DNA of 64,000 nt. It comes from Octopus vulgaris (lineage: Eukaryota). Where the stretch lies: NCBI GenBank assembly GCA_951406725.2, contig OX597817.1:131998001-132062000 (forward strand), given 5' to 3'. How positions within the stretch are numbered: position 1 is the first letter of the stretch; each line of letters begins with the position of its first letter. The notes beneath the pieces were generated by a model. It saw only the letters and a list, made by a program, of their open reading frames with translations. It was not told where the DNA came from and ran no database searches. Positions 1 through 13,493 of the stretch are shown here, one piece after another. The position numbers and the translations under genes are program-made.

Positions 1-745
1 AGCTGATTCCGGATCTGGACTCAGAAGTGCTGCAGTACGTCAGGACTTTGAGTTATACTTCAGTTTTCTTTGAGAAACCACTAATGTTAGTCATGCAAAA
101 GTAACAATCAGAGACATGATTGCTTGGCTCATGCCATACTATTGGTACAGCAAAATGCATTCTCTTCCGTTTTCCATTCAGCCGGTGTGTAAATCCTAAG
201 TAACACACTGTGCAGCATATATGACGTGCCCACCTCTTGTCTTGGTCCCCAACCTTACACCCGAAATAATATTTATAGGCAATTTTTAATTTGGTGGCAA
301 TGTTCTTCTGCACAGACATAACAAAAGTTGTCTGGGTGATACACACAGCCTCTCCTATTCATAATCTAACACAATTAAAACAGTAATCACGCAGTGCGAG
401 AGATACACATAGCATACGTGATGGCTAGGCAAACGACACTGACGTATTTGGCACTTGCACACAATACCTCAGCGCCATCTTTTGCTAAACTAAATAATGA
501 ACTTTCTCATCGTTTGTTTTATTGCTATTATTTTTTTTTTATTTTGAATTAAGACCGCTTTTCTTTTAACAAATTTATAATATGGCCTATATCTAACCGA
601 AAATTTAGTTATAATCTTGTGCATCTTTACAACTCAAACTCCTGATGTGCTAGAACAATTCTGAGTGCAGATTCGGAACCAGCAGCCTTGAATTTGTCTC
701 AAACACATGCTTTTACCCCAGTAGCAAAATCTTTGTTGTCCAGTG
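1..745 (-). mobile_element. Chapaev3-type (CMC superfamily) DNA transposon, internally deleted non-autonomous copy; other terminus lies just outside the window
   Basis: Minus-strand terminus CACTGGACAACAAAG at 745, flanked by TAA (TWA-type target). 2-57 is an imperfect inverted copy of ~628-685. Carries a transposase N-terminal fragment. Confidence 0.8.
53..346 (-). pseudogene. Chapaev3-like transposase N-terminal Cys/His-rich fragment
   Basis: Translation has AYKYYFGCKVGDQDKRWARHICCTVC...FAVPIVWHEPSNHVSDCYFC, matching the Chapaev3 N-terminal motif. It runs directly into the inverted repeat; the catalytic domain is absent. Confidence 0.75.
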
Positions 746-1359
746 TAATCAGACAGACATTGTTATTTGAGACAGGCAAGAAAAAATATACACCGTCAGA
801 GAGACAAGCTACCACGATGGTGTGAATATCTCTTCAAAAACCAAACAGAAAGAGGATAACAACGGATAATCGCATCGAAACCTTCAGCTTCTATATAAAT
901 ATGTGTACCAATGGTAATTGGTGCACTTCGTTTTCGCGAGTAAATACCTAAGTGACAATCTGTAAAATCTGGAGTTTTAATTCCAACCACATAACACGCA
1001 CATTAAAAACACAATCTGTAAGCGGAGAATAAAAATATGTAAGGATTTCTCAATTTTAGAATGTGAATGTTGTTTTTGCTATCAACATTTCACTGACGGA
1101 GTTTTCTATCTTTGTTACAAATGAGCTTGAGAAAGGTAATCCATTTCACATTGTTCTGTTGTATTCAAATGAAAATGAGTCCCGGACAACTGCTGTCGCA
1201 GCACACACTCTCTCTCTCTCCCTATCTCTCTTTCTATCTCTCTCTCTCCTTCCCTCCAGCTATTGCTCGTTGTTCGCACGATGAAAGGGTGGAAGAGTGT
1301 TCCTATGTCTACCTGCCACAGCATTGACTCACAGATACAAATTAACAACTACGATTAGA

Positions 1360-1619
1360 TTGGAGTAAAGATTGTTTGCCAACATAACATGGCAGTCCTG
1401 GTTTAAGACGAATGTTCCTGTAATTTAACCCCACGAGACATCGTCTCCAGCTGGCTATACGACACGATCTGTGTCCTTATATTTTCGAACAAGGGAATAT
1501 AAGGACACATATCGTGTCATAAAGCCAACCGGAGACGATGTCTCCTGGGGCTAAATTACAGCAACATTCGTCCTAAACCAGGACTGCCACGTTATATTGA
1601 CGAACAATCTTTACTCCAA
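1360..1619. repeat. ~260-bp fold-back palindrome (hairpin/MITE-like)
   Basis: TTGGAGTAAAGATTGTT...GTGTCCTTATATT pairs with AATATAAGGACAC...AACAATCTTTACTCCAA; short loop near 1485-1495. Confidence 0.85.
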
Positions 1620-1932
1620 AGCACTGTTGCTGAATATCTCTCGTTGTGAGATTTACAAATAGCAATTTTCTAGGATTAGGTCATCTGTTATAATCTATTT
1701 ACATCATGGGCTCATGAAAGAAATATTGCTTTCAAATTTTGGCATAGGGCCTGCATTTACAAGGCGTGTGGTAAGTTGGTTACAGCAAACCCAGTACTTA
1801 ACTAGTACTTGTTTTATCCACCTCGAAAGGAAACACGGCAAAGACAACCACTGGGAATATTGTACTCAGAACATAAAAATGAAGGAAATGCCGCGAACTT
1901 TTTGACCCGACGATTCTCGTCATGAAAGAAAT

Positions 1933-2140
1933 ATTCGTTTTCTACTCTAGGCACAAGCCCCAAAATTTTGGAGTAGGCGGGCCAGTCGATTAGATCAACC
2001 CCAGTATGCAACTGATACTTAATTTATCGACCCCGAAAGGATGAAAGGCACAGTCGACCTCGGTGGAATTTGAACTCAGAACGTAAAGACAGATGAAATA
2101 CTGCTAAGAATTTCGCCCGGCGTGCTAACGTTTCTGCCAG
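1933..2140 (-). mobile_element. tRNA-headed SINE family A
   Basis: Reverse complement reads CTGGCAGAAACGTTAGCACGCCGGGCGAAA...GAGTTCAAATTCC (B box)...CCTTTCGGGGTCGAT...GTGCCTAGAGTAGAAA. A more decayed copy lies at ~1727-1920. Confidence 0.85.
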
Positions 2141-2531
2141 AAATATTGTCGGTGATGCGATCTCCTGCAACACGATAGATAAGTTGGAGTAGTGTAGGTG
2201 AACGCAATCCTCGTCTGTCCCTATCTCGTATTTATAATGTCTTATATCATTTACATTACATAATATATATTTGTTTCAACGTATAAAGTTATTAAAATAA
2301 TGGCACATTAAAATAACAGATTAAAATAATCGGTGAAACTTAGTTGAAAATCATTTCCTGTGGAGTTTGTTGTTCCAGTTTCATTACTTCGTCTGTGTAA
2401 ATAAATTAAGGATGTATTTATCAATGTATTATCGATTATCGATTGATATAACTTTTCTATACAATGATAGACTGAATTTTCAGCTGTTGTTCTTCATAGA
2501 AATTGAAACGGTTTGACAACAGTTTCAAGCA

Positions 2532-2598
<67 letters not shown>

Positions 2599-2627
2599 TA
2601 TATAGCCCGCAGAGTATATAAAACAGG

Positions 2628-2790
2628 GGGCAACTGATGAAGGGAATGCTGTTTATGTTGCCTGTCACGGTTCTCTATTTGTTTCTTTCGTTGTTCGAAA
2701 AAAGTACGTTTTCCATGCTCTTGTTTTTTATGTTCTCGTTTCTCATTTTGTTCACGCTTTTTTGACGTCCTGTACCCAAATATGCATGTA
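2628..2790 (+). repeat. Short dispersed element between (TA)n tracts; related copy at ~49708-49835
   Basis: Both loci share CAACTGATGAAG...TTTATGTT...TGAC.TC.TGTACCCA. Confidence 0.5.
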
Positions 2791-2844
2791 TATATACATA
2801 TATATGTAGGCATGTTCATGTATGTGTGTATATATGTGTATATA

Positions 2845-2885
<41 letters not shown>

Positions 2886-3676
2886 TATATTTATATATAT
2901 AGCCATTTTGTTACTGTAAGGTGGCAAATGGAACTAAAAGCGGGAAAAGAATAATCAGTTCGTATTATAAAACATTTAGCAACACCTTTCAGAATCGACG
3001 AATGAAAGTCAGCGTTATTAATATTTGGTAAAAATGAAACTCTACCATTATACGTAAATGGTTGCAGTAGTTTGATGCTGAAGATAAAAAAACCTTATCT
3101 CTAGTCATCGGATCCCAATAGCATAATTATAGCAATATTTCTAACGGTAAAACTAACAACAAAAATAACCGTATACTTGGAAAAGATTCCCGCTGCACGA
3201 ATTATTGATATGATTAGGCGCCGTAAGCCATGATTTGCGGTTACTCAGTTTTAGGAGAAATGGTTCATAGTCAGTCAGCAACGAGATCAATAATGAATTG
3301 AAATAGCTTCTTGCCGGTTCTGATTTTGAATAAAGAAACAACATAGGAAAACTACCGAAAATAAAGGAATAATCATTGGAAGAATTAAACAAAAGAATAA
3401 ATAAATACAAGAATAAAATAAAAATAAAAATAATAATAATAATACAAGTAATGAAAGAGAAAAATGAATATTTTTGCAGAGAAGTGTTTCTGATTCGATG
3501 AATGCACCCAGTCAATAAATAAGGACAGCTTTGTTAGTAAAACACTCGGTGTTTTATATTGCTTCGAGTTAGTGGCGTAAAGTAGACTGATATTAGATTC
3601 AGGGAAAGACGCATAGATTGCAAATAGATAATGCGATATATATATATATATATATATAGGTAGATAGATAGATGTT

Positions 3677-3778
<102 letters not shown>

Positions 3779-3836
3779 TATCAATTGTTGATATATATAT
3801 ATATATACATATATAAATACATATATATATATAAAT

Positions 3837-3917
<81 letters not shown>

Positions 3918-4576
3918 AGGGGCCCGAATCAAACTATTCTAAATAACAACAACAAAAATATTAATAATAGTATATTGTGAAATTTTCTAAATGATAGAAT
4001 GGAAGTCACATAATTATGTGTCATTAAGATTTGTGAAAGTGATCGAACCTACTGTAAAGAACTAGAAGCTTTTTATTTCTTTTTTTCGCACACAGCAATT
4101 GTTAGTTTCCCCTGTTTTTAATATTACGTTATTGCGTTTTAAAATGAGGATGTTATAGATTGTTCTTCCCCATAACAAATGAATGCCATTTAAAATATGT
4201 GAGAAGTAATGCGCTGGAAAATAAATATCAAATATAAAGCGTGAATAAAAGAGATTTGAAAGCAAAGTATAACCAGAATAATATTATTTTACACTACATT
4301 GCGTATGATAGCCCTAACTTGGCTATAAACGTAATACCTCTTACTATGAATGTTTAAGGTTAAGTTCATTCCACATTACGTAAAATTTATCTGGACAAAA
4401 GACTTTGTTGCGGATGTCTTTATTTGAATTCCCCACAAGGAACAGATAAGGCTAATAGCCTTATCTGTTCCTTTCTTTAACCGGGATAAACATTAAACAA
4501 GCTGAACGAGGGTCAAGTACTTCTTGCCAGCCGTGACACGATCCTGTGGTTTTTGGTAGTGCCTAGGACAATATTC

Positions 4577-4790
4577 TAAGGCGACGGGCTGCAGAATTGT
4601 CAGGACACCGGACAAAATGTTAAGTGGCATTTCTTCCTACTCTTTATCAGTTGCGTTCAAACTCTACCGAGATCAACCTTGCTTTTATTCCCTTCGGGGT
4701 CGATAAGATAGAATACTAGTAAAGTACTGAGGTTAATATAATCGACTAACCCTCCCCTTGAGATTTCTGATGTTGCGCCCAGCAACGCAG
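4577..4790 (+). mobile_element. SINE family A, degenerate
   Basis: GGCGACGGGCTGCAGAA head and CCCTTCGGGGTCGATAA core. Confidence 0.65.
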
Positions 4791-4989
4791 GGTGACCTTG
4801 GAAAATCGGTCACTTATACACCATGGTAATCGAACAGCCAGCTTTATGATTCTTAGAGCTCGAGAGAAAAAAAATAAAGAAAGGACTACATCCTTTAATG
4901 TATTATTTTCGTATAACATCAAAAGGAACAATTTGAGGGATTTGGCTGCTGTTTTTAGAATGTGGAATGACCACGTTGAGTCCTACAAC

Positions 4990-5230
4990 TTCCTGCTGAA
5001 CAGCATGCATTGATGTTTTATGGTGATCAAACGTTTTCCCAATGTTCATGAAATGGACATTGCCTGTGCAGGCGAACGGTGTGCCACACGTCAAATACCC
5101 TTGTGGTCGTAGGGCAACGGGAAATGAGATGTTTCGCTCAAGAACACAGCGGACTCCCTGCTCCACGGATCGAAACTATGACCATACGATCGTGAGTATA
5201 ACATCCTAACTGTCAGGCTACAGTGCTTTG
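4990..5230 (-). mobile_element. tRNA-derived SINE with CORE-like segment, degenerate; related copy at ~58660-58925 (-)
   Basis: Minus strand has GTTTCGATCC B-box-like motif followed by TGTGTTCTTGAGCGAAACATCTCATTTC. The 58.9-kb copy has GTGGCCTAGTGGTTAGG and GGGTTCGATTCCC. Confidence 0.55.
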
Positions 5231-6327
5231 CATTAAACATCATAGCTTTTGCACTTTATGTTTGTAACTTCGTATGTCATGGCCGTCTGCCGGACATCAT
5301 GAGTGTTATGGCAGCGTCTTGCTGTCTCAAAGTTGTACCTTCTTTCCTCGAAGAACATTATTTTTCTCTCTGTCAAAATTAGTCTAGAGAATCGTAAATA
5401 TCTGAAACACTCATGAATTTTGCTATGTTACTGCTTGCTGTTCAAGTGAAGACTGATTCAATTTGTGATACTCTATAAAATTATAATTCTTCTTTGTCGC
5501 TGAAAATGAATTGTTCTGCCATATTGATAAAGATCCGAGAAGATACTAATAAACAATATTTCAGGTGGATTATTCCATAGAGGTCGACTTTGCCTTTCAT
5601 CTTTTCGGAATTGACAAAAGAAGTACCAACTGGTCACTGGGGGCGGTCAATGTAATCAGCTTCCTCCGCCAAAATATGAAATCAATATTGCAGATGGATG
5701 TTTGGAACCATGTATGAAGTGCTGTCTGTGGTTTTCGTATCTAGTATATGACTTTAAATTGTATGAGATATGACCAGGAAACAAACTTATCCCGACGCCA
5801 CACAGTCCAAGGGCATTCATGTATCGACTCGAATATATTTGGAAAGCGAAGTACAGGTGTTAGTTTTTATAATTTGTCTCTCAATTAATAAAGTCTCCCT
5901 ACTCATTAAAGCTGTCGGTTGTTTATGAGTACGATTTAATTAGAGATACCTTGCAAATAATTTCCTTTATTCATTAAACATATCAAGCTAACATGAACTA
6001 TCTCTTACTGCAGATATTAGTAACGTGTTCTGCATTTTAATTAGAATATCTACCATGCTTGAGAGAAACCAGTTTAATTAAAACCATTTAAACATCATAT
6101 TTGGAAATCGTTATTTGCTGGATATCTGCGTTCGTTTTCTTTTTGCTACTTTCCGATTGTAAATTCCTGTACAAAATAACCGATCGATTAACTTAATGTA
6201 ATCAATACTATTTAGACATTTTGTATTCTTTGTGTGTTCTCCAGTTCAGAAGAATAAAAAGTAACATGTGCACATGTTACCGTATCCTTATCATGCTTGG
6301 CAGTTACGCTCTACATTCATTTCCCCC

Positions 6328-6392
<65 letters not shown>

Positions 6393-7380
6393 TCTGAACT
6401 TCACTTCAATATTCAATACACGATTTAATGTTTGCTCTTTCTGACAGAATATTTGTATCTAAAGTTGTTCTGTGATGTGAGATAACGTCCCATGGTGTGA
6501 ATCTCAGATGTTTAGTATTACAAGGTACAGTCACAAATGTGAGAATATGTTCTGTTTTGTAGAAAATAGGCATGTTAGAAGGTACATTCATATAACTGCA
6601 ACATCGAGTGTAGGGGGCCCTAAATACGCACGGCCATGTAAAGGCATTTCAAATTGACTTTGGCACATCCAGAAGCTACAGAATATGGTGCTTATAATTA
6701 TTTACGACATTGAACAATCAGAAAATAATGGACAAATCCCTTCGACATTTATCGTAACCCCTGAGATTCAGGGAGTTTCAGGTTGTTTTGTGAACCTGGA
6801 TATTTCTAGGCAGGTGTCTTTCTCTATATTTTCGGAAACAATGACCATGGGGAAGAAATTACAGTTGTAGAGAGGAGCAGGCGGTCAACTGCTCAGTGAA
6901 ATTTCTTGTAGGTGAGATAATAAAGGTAATTGGAATAATAAATTAAGACGTGGGTTTGGAAAAGTGTAGGCAAGCCTAAAGTTCAAAGCTAAGACTGAAA
7001 TTACGGTGACAGCTGGCAGCAGAGCAGGTGTAAAACAGAATTGAAGCTTGTTTGAGCTTGTACGTTCTTTCGATCTGTGAAATTGACTTTATAAGTATGC
7101 AGGCAAAGATATTTATATGAGCAACGTCCATAGTACTCTACTGTATAATCAGGCAGTTTTGCGAAGTAGAACTTACCTGAAATTTAGCAACTAATCAAGA
7201 TTAATGTATTATCTGAGGAATAGTTATCTGTGGGCTGCAGATTCCGTAATGTTATATAAGCTGGCTGAGGATGAAAGCACACCAAATATTGTGAGTTTTA
7301 TTCCTTATTAATAAGTTTCTTTTCTAGCGGCTATAGTTACCTTGCTGTTCATAACTAGACACCGCGAAAGACTAGAATGT

Positions 7381-7990
7381 TATCTTGGCATTATCAAGGC
7401 ATTCGACATGGTTGATGATGGTATGAGATATGACAAACTGAGTGGACATGGTATGGCAAGAAAACATGGGCAGCGGCTGCACAACTTTTTAAAAGGTAGA
7501 TGTTAGATTGTCGCAGTTAATGTTGCTCTCTCTGAGAAGAGATCACTTCTGAGCGGAGTCGCTCACAGAACTGTACTTGAACCACTATGGTTTGTGGTTG
7601 TTCTGTAAGCCATACAGTCATCCACACTCGCCAGCTCTGCTCAAAATACAAACATATCGACAGCCATCAAGGTCTCTGATACATCCTAAAACTGCAGAAA
7701 GACTCAGAGGCAATACGAGAGAGCATGCATTTCAATACTGAAAATTTTCAAGCATTCTGCTATCGGCCCACTAATAGATGGAAATTAGAATACACAAGAC
7801 GAAGGGGCAATGCAATTCCTGAGTGAGAGTTGGTGCGTGACATAGGAATCCATGTGATTAATGGTGCATCATTCAATTTTTATATTACTAAGATGGTCAC
7901 ATTGTGAATCGAGTGGCTGTTTGGATTCCGAAATCATTGTGAACGAGAAAAAAAAAAGAATAGCGCACTACTCCTTTGGAGAGCGTTGAT
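7381..7990 (+). pseudogene. Degenerate reverse transcriptase of a CR1/L2-like LINE (may extend upstream to ~6650)
   Basis: YLGIIKAFDMVDDG...LHNFLKGR..VAVN..S...SGVAHRTVLEPLWF, then LQKD, MHFNTENF and VRDIGI. These are decayed YLDFSKAFD / SGVPQGTVLGPLLF / FNxxK / KDLGV motifs with stops and frameshifts. Confidence 0.75.
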
Positions 7991-8361
7991 TCATAGTCAC
8001 ATAAAATACTGCTGTCGATTATAGTCGCCAAAATGCGCCAAACTGTGGGTCTTGAAGGTATCCGGTGTCACTAGACAAAGGAAATCGACTCGGTGCAACA
8101 AATGAGCTAGTTGAGAAAATTAAGGGAGAGAAGGCGCGAAATGATATGCTCTGATATATGTTACGCACACGCAAACACACACACACACACATCTATATAA
8201 ATAATGATACAATGTAACAACAAAAGAATGAAACCTCAATATCAGAGAAGGAAAGGATCTGGTAACGGTTTTTTATTTAAATACTTAATAGCGTTCTGTT
8301 TATCATTTATGCAGTCATCAAAATTGTTATAATGTATTGTTGTTGAGATAGGTTCTCTTTC

Positions 8362-8442
8362 TTTCCTGATGAGATTACATTATTTTACACCGTTTATTCT
8401 GTCGGAATAAAACCAATATTGTCTTCGAAACATATGTCGAAA
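8362..8442 (+). ncRNA. Type I hammerhead ribozyme motif with canonical core, in a Penelope pLTR-like AT-rich element (~8210-8625)
   Basis: TTTC-CTGATGA-G[long stem II incl. TTTATTC/GAATAAA]C-GAAA-CATATG-TC-GAAA. Stem I TTTC/GAAA, palindromic stem III ACATATGT, GUC cleavage triplet ending at 8438. Confidence 0.75.
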
Positions 8443-8663
8443 TTAAAATAATTTGAATAACATCTGCGTTAATACAGATTTATTTACTTATACTATACAA
8501 ATTACTGCACATTAACTCGGAGTTTCTACCTTTGAATAGGTCGCTACATCCTTGTTACTTGCGTGACTTTTGCTACCCTGGTAACTGTTTATTGAAATTT
8601 CCATGTTAATGGTAAACAAAAGATAATTCATTCATCCATTTACACACACACGCACATATATAC

Positions 8664-8744
<81 letters not shown>

Positions 8745-8749
<5 letters not shown>

Positions 8750-8960
8750 GTGACCGCGTGTGTACCGTTGGCGATTTTTCCTCCGTCTTCCCTTTCTTGG
8801 ATCTTTCCTTTTCCTATGGTTTTTCGAAGAGCTCCGCTCGAAACGTTAAATCCTCCTTCTTTCTTTTCTTTCATGACCGTCCAGTAACACTATTACTTGT
8901 TCCACGTCCTGGCTTTGTTGTGTTTTCACTTTGCGTTTTCATGTTTAGATTAACTATATA
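8745..8960 (+). mobile_element. Microsatellite-embedded short element family E (hammerhead-bearing; core mutated in this copy)
   Basis: Homologous to 52795-52990 and partly to 23430-23480 (GTGTGTACCGTTGGCGATTTTT...GAAGAGCTCCGCTCGAAACGTTAA). Confidence 0.7.
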
Positions 8961-9048
8961 TATCATTAGAGTTGAATATATTCAAAGGATGTAATTTTGT
9001 ATTCAATTTTACCCAAGAACTCGTTGCTTCTTGGCAGGAGGATGTTCA

Positions 9049-9098
<50 letters not shown>

Positions 9099-9274
9099 TA
9101 TAATATATATGCATATATTATATATATATATGTGTATATTATATATAATATATATATATATATAATATACATATATATACTATATGTATAATATATATAT
9201 ATATAATATATATAATATACATATGTATAATATATATATATACATATATATATATACATATACATACATATATA

Positions 9275-9322
<48 letters not shown>

Positions 9323-9915
9323 AATACATGTATATATATGTGTGTATGTGTGTATGTAAAGGTACACATGTGTATGTACCTTTTCGTTGCCAGTTCTTGC
9401 TAACGTGCGATTTGTATAAAAGTATTTTACAAGAACACATATGTATATTTTGTGACTGTTTGTATGATATTTCGATAAACAAATTCTGCCTTCCTTCTTA
9501 TATTTTCTTCCGTTTTATGTTTTGCTTTTCCTCTCTTCAGTAATTATTCAACTGTTCGATATCCTACCAATATCCGATGATTGTTTTCTGCTTGAATATT
9601 TCCATTAATGCAAATATTTCATAGGTCTATATTCTTTATTTATTATCATCGATGTAGTATTGTATGAAAGCTTATACGTACAAGAAGCATTGTTATTCAG
9701 CGTTTTAACACCGGTGTAAACTTTCTGAAATGCCGTGAGAGTGTGTATTCCTTTTTGTGACAGCCTCATTATTAAATTTCTTGAATACAACTTGAGGGTT
9801 TTATTTCTTGCACTTTGTGGATATTTTCTGATAATTCCTTCTCAATAATGAAACTGAAGAAACAATAGCTTTATATAAAAGCTAGCATTATACAATTTCA
9901 TTTGCAGACAGGTAT

Positions 9916-10285
9916 GTCGTGACACTCCGTCGGTTACTATGACGAGGGTTCCAGTTGATCCGATCAACAGAACGGCTTACTCATGAAATTAACATGCAAG
10001 TGGCTGAGCACCCCACAGACACGCGTACCCTTAACGTAGTTTTTCGGGGAGATTCAGCGTGACGCAGAGTGTTACAAGGCTGGCCCTTTAAAATACAGGA
10101 GAAGAGAAACAGGAAGAATGAGTCAGAGAAAGTTGTGTTGAAAGAACATAGCAGGGTTCGCCACCACCCCCTGCCAGAGCTCATGGAGCTTTAGGTGTTT
10201 TCGCTCAATAAACACTCACAACTCCCGGTCTGTGAATCGAAACCGCGAGTCCGCTGCCCTAACCACTGGGCCATTGTTCCTCCGC
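9916..10285 (-). mobile_element. tRNA-headed SINE family C, near full length; partial copy at ~25555-25770 (-)
   Basis: Minus strand: TGGCCCAGTGGTTAGGGCAGCGGACTC (A box), GGTTTCGATTC (B box), body with CACGCTGAAT...CTCAGCCACTTGCATGTTAATTTCA shared with 25.6 kb. Confidence 0.75.
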
Positions 10286-10721
10286 AGCCAGGTGTTTAGT
10301 TGTGTTATAAGAAATAAGGCTTCGCAACCAAGTTTCGATTACATACAACAGCGTCTGGAGATTTTTTCTGTTTCTATAGTTTCCTTTAGACTTGTGAATT
10401 GATGTATGGTAGACAGAAACACGCAGAAGATCGTTGGGAATAGACAGAAAGATGGACGCTTAGATAGATTCATGAATAGGCAGACTGACAGAGTAAGAGA
10501 AACATATATTTATGTATACTAATTTATAATTATATAATATAATTATATTAGAGAGTACGGATTGACCATACCAACACGCTAGAAAAAGACGCCAAATGGC
10601 TCTAAAACCACTTTAATAATCTATTAGCACGAGTTGTATGAATTAGTATAAAATGTTACCTATACGTCTTTTATTTCTCGCTGGCCATTTGATAAAATCA
10701 TTAAAGTTATTTTATCCTTAA

Positions 10722-10980
10722 TCTAATATATAAATCCCGTTCTGTCTGTCTGTTTTTTGTGCGGTTATAACTCGAGTATTGTTCATCCGATTGCGCTGAC
10801 ATTTTAAACATGGATTCATGAGAGTTCTGTAATCTAAAACAATTTTTAAAATTGTCAGTTTCAGGTGAGAATCGCTATTTTTGTAGTCCTTATGACCTGT
10901 GCATCGGATGATTAAAACTTCCATAACACCGTCCAAGTTAACTCTCTTCACCTATACAAACTGTCCAATGATAGTTCTAT
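10722..10980 (+). mobile_element. Possible Helitron/Helentron-type non-autonomous 5' fragment
   Basis: A|TCTAATATATAAA start followed by (CTGT)n and ATAACTCGAG...CCGATT. No clear 3' hairpin-CTRR seen. Confidence 0.3.
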
Positions 10981-11137
10981 ATAAAGAAAAATTATATTTA
11001 TGTAGTTGAAATTCACAGAAAACCAAAGACGGGACAGGTGTATAAACAACAAGCAAGTGTATTATTTTGACGCTCGGGAAGGTTAGAAAGTCTACGTTTC
11101 GAGCCTACAGTACATTCATATTTGTATGTGTATATGA

Positions 11138-11239
<102 letters not shown>

Positions 11240-11507
11240 ATGTATGTATTTATACAAGTATATTTACATTCCCCCTCTCTCTTTCTCCATCTTTATATAG
11301 ATGTGTGTGTGTGTGTGTGTGTGTGTGTGATCCAGTTTGAAACTGGCAGCATGTAACCTGGTAGAAACTCTGTTGCATTGTCTAGTTGTCGGTGAGTAAA
11401 CTAGCAATGCCGTCAGTCCTGCTTCATGAGGACGGTGAATCATAGACAAGACCCATTAAACGGCAGATTAACTATTTACGAATCAACGGCTCTCAATATG
11501 TGTGCAA

Positions 11508-11900
11508 AGGCGGCGAGCTGGCAGACACGTCAGCACGCCGGGCGAAATACGTAGCCGTATTTCGTCTGCCGTTACGTTCTGGGTTCAATTTCCGCCGAGG
11601 TCGACTTTGCCTTTCATGCTTTCGAGGTCGATTAAATAAGTACCAGTTACGCACTGGGGTCGATATAATCGACTTAATCCGTTTGCCTGTCCTTGTTTGT
11701 CCTCCCTGGGTTTAGCCCCTTGTGGGTAGTAAAGAAATAGGTAATTCGTCTGTCTTTATGTTCTGAGTTCAAATTCCGCCGAGGTCGACTTAGCCTTTCG
11801 GGAACAATAAATTAAGTACCAGTTGCGCACTGGATTCAATCTAGTTGACTGACCCCCTCCCCACAAATTTCGGGCTTTGTACCAAGAGTAGAAAAGAATT
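11508..11900 (+). mobile_element. SINE family A dimer (headed unit plus headless unit)
   Basis: GGCGGCGAGCTGGCAGA head; second core begins after AAAGAAATAGG at ~11741; ends AGAGTAGAAAAGAAT. Confidence 0.85.
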
Positions 11901-12350
11901 CGTGTGCAAATATGCTTTATTCATATCCCTGATGATTTGTAAGTATCGTTTGGGGGGGTAAAATTTGACCTGCAGATGATCCAGCTTCCAGTCAACTTGC
12001 AATTCTTGTCACTGGATTCCAGTTACTGACACATACGGAGTGGAATGCACGTTGTGTACGAAGATATCACTTTAATTCAGTGTCTGCCAACATTTTCACA
12101 CTGGTTCCCCACAGTTGTCCCAACCCTTTTAATTGAGTTTTCCCTTCTAATATGCTTAACCTTAAGTATGTATGTATGTATGTATGTATGTATGTATGTA
12201 TGTATGTATACTAGAGTAAGCACACAAATGCGAAACAAGGTGGAAAAAAATAGTACTCGAATACGAGAGGTAGAGTAGTATGCTTTATTAAAAAGCAGCA
12301 TAAATATCACAAAATTTTCTAAACAAAACTGCTTGATGCTTTTTAATAAA

Positions 12351-12476
<126 letters not shown>

Positions 12477-13380
12477 TATATACGCTTATACATACGTTTT
12501 GCAAGATTCTTGATTTGAATACGTGTGTTGAAGCAGATATTGTTGTATTTGGGGAAGGTTTATTGGCTAAACTGGCAATATGACCATCCCCAAATACATC
12601 AATATAAATATATATATATATATGTATGTATGTATATATGTGTGTATGTATGTATATGAAATTTTGAATTTAGTTCACGGACCCCCAATATTACCATTGC
12701 AGACCACTAGGCCCCCATAGGCCCCAGGGTGGGAACCACTGCTTTAATCCAATGACATCTCATTTCATCAGCTTCATCTTTGTCAGAGGCGTGAATAGAG
12801 TAACCCAACTGATTAACGTGAAGTTCTTTTTAATATAACTGAACATAAAACAAACTTTAGTAAAAAATGTACTCATGTGTGTATTTCACTAAATGCACAA
12901 CTATTTAAAAATTTTAATAGTTTCTTATTATCTTTACAGTTGGTTTGGAACAATAAAGTTCTTTAACCCATATCTGACATTTGACACTTTCACAGTCACC
13001 TTTTCAAGAACTGAATTGAATATATTTGGCATCTGTGATGCCTCTTATCTACTGATTGAATTCATTTAGGATTTCTCTCTAAAGGTTTCTTACATCAGCA
13101 ATCTTCTTTCGATTTGTAAATCGCAGTCAAATTTCGACTCTTATATACGACAGGATTCCATGCAGTTTCCGTTTATTACATTCTTTTACAAAGCATTGGT
13201 TGGCCCTAGATCAAAATGCCGCTCACTGGCACTAAACACAAAACAAGGTGCAAATCGCATTTCTTCACCACCCAGTCATGTCTACGCCTATCAATAATCA
13301 AAATGATTAATTGCATAATTATATTACATAATTATGGAGATTTACTTGCATAGCAAGTGACCTGATCTGAGATCGTGTGC

Positions 13381-13493
13381 TGAAACAAAAACAATTGCAG
13401 CGTGGAAGGTGTTTAGAAGCCATTTAAAAACACACAAAAACGGTTTTTAAATGGCTTCTAGACACCTTTCACGCTGCAATTGTTTTTGTTTCA
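13381..13493. repeat. Fold-back palindrome, ~51-bp arms
   Basis: TGAAACAAAAACAATTGCAGCGTG...CCATTTAAAAAC pairs with GTTTTTAAATGG...CACGCTGCAATTGTTTTTGTTTCA. Confidence 0.85.

Noticed and set aside
2635-2705. CTGATGAAG...CGAAA as a hammerhead (also 49714 and 18357)
   Set aside because: No stem II closing next to GAAA and no stem III/NUH site.
5745-5856. Open 37-codon candidate exon (similar candidates at ~28757 and ~30238)
   Set aside because: Weak or missing donors and no recognisable domain.
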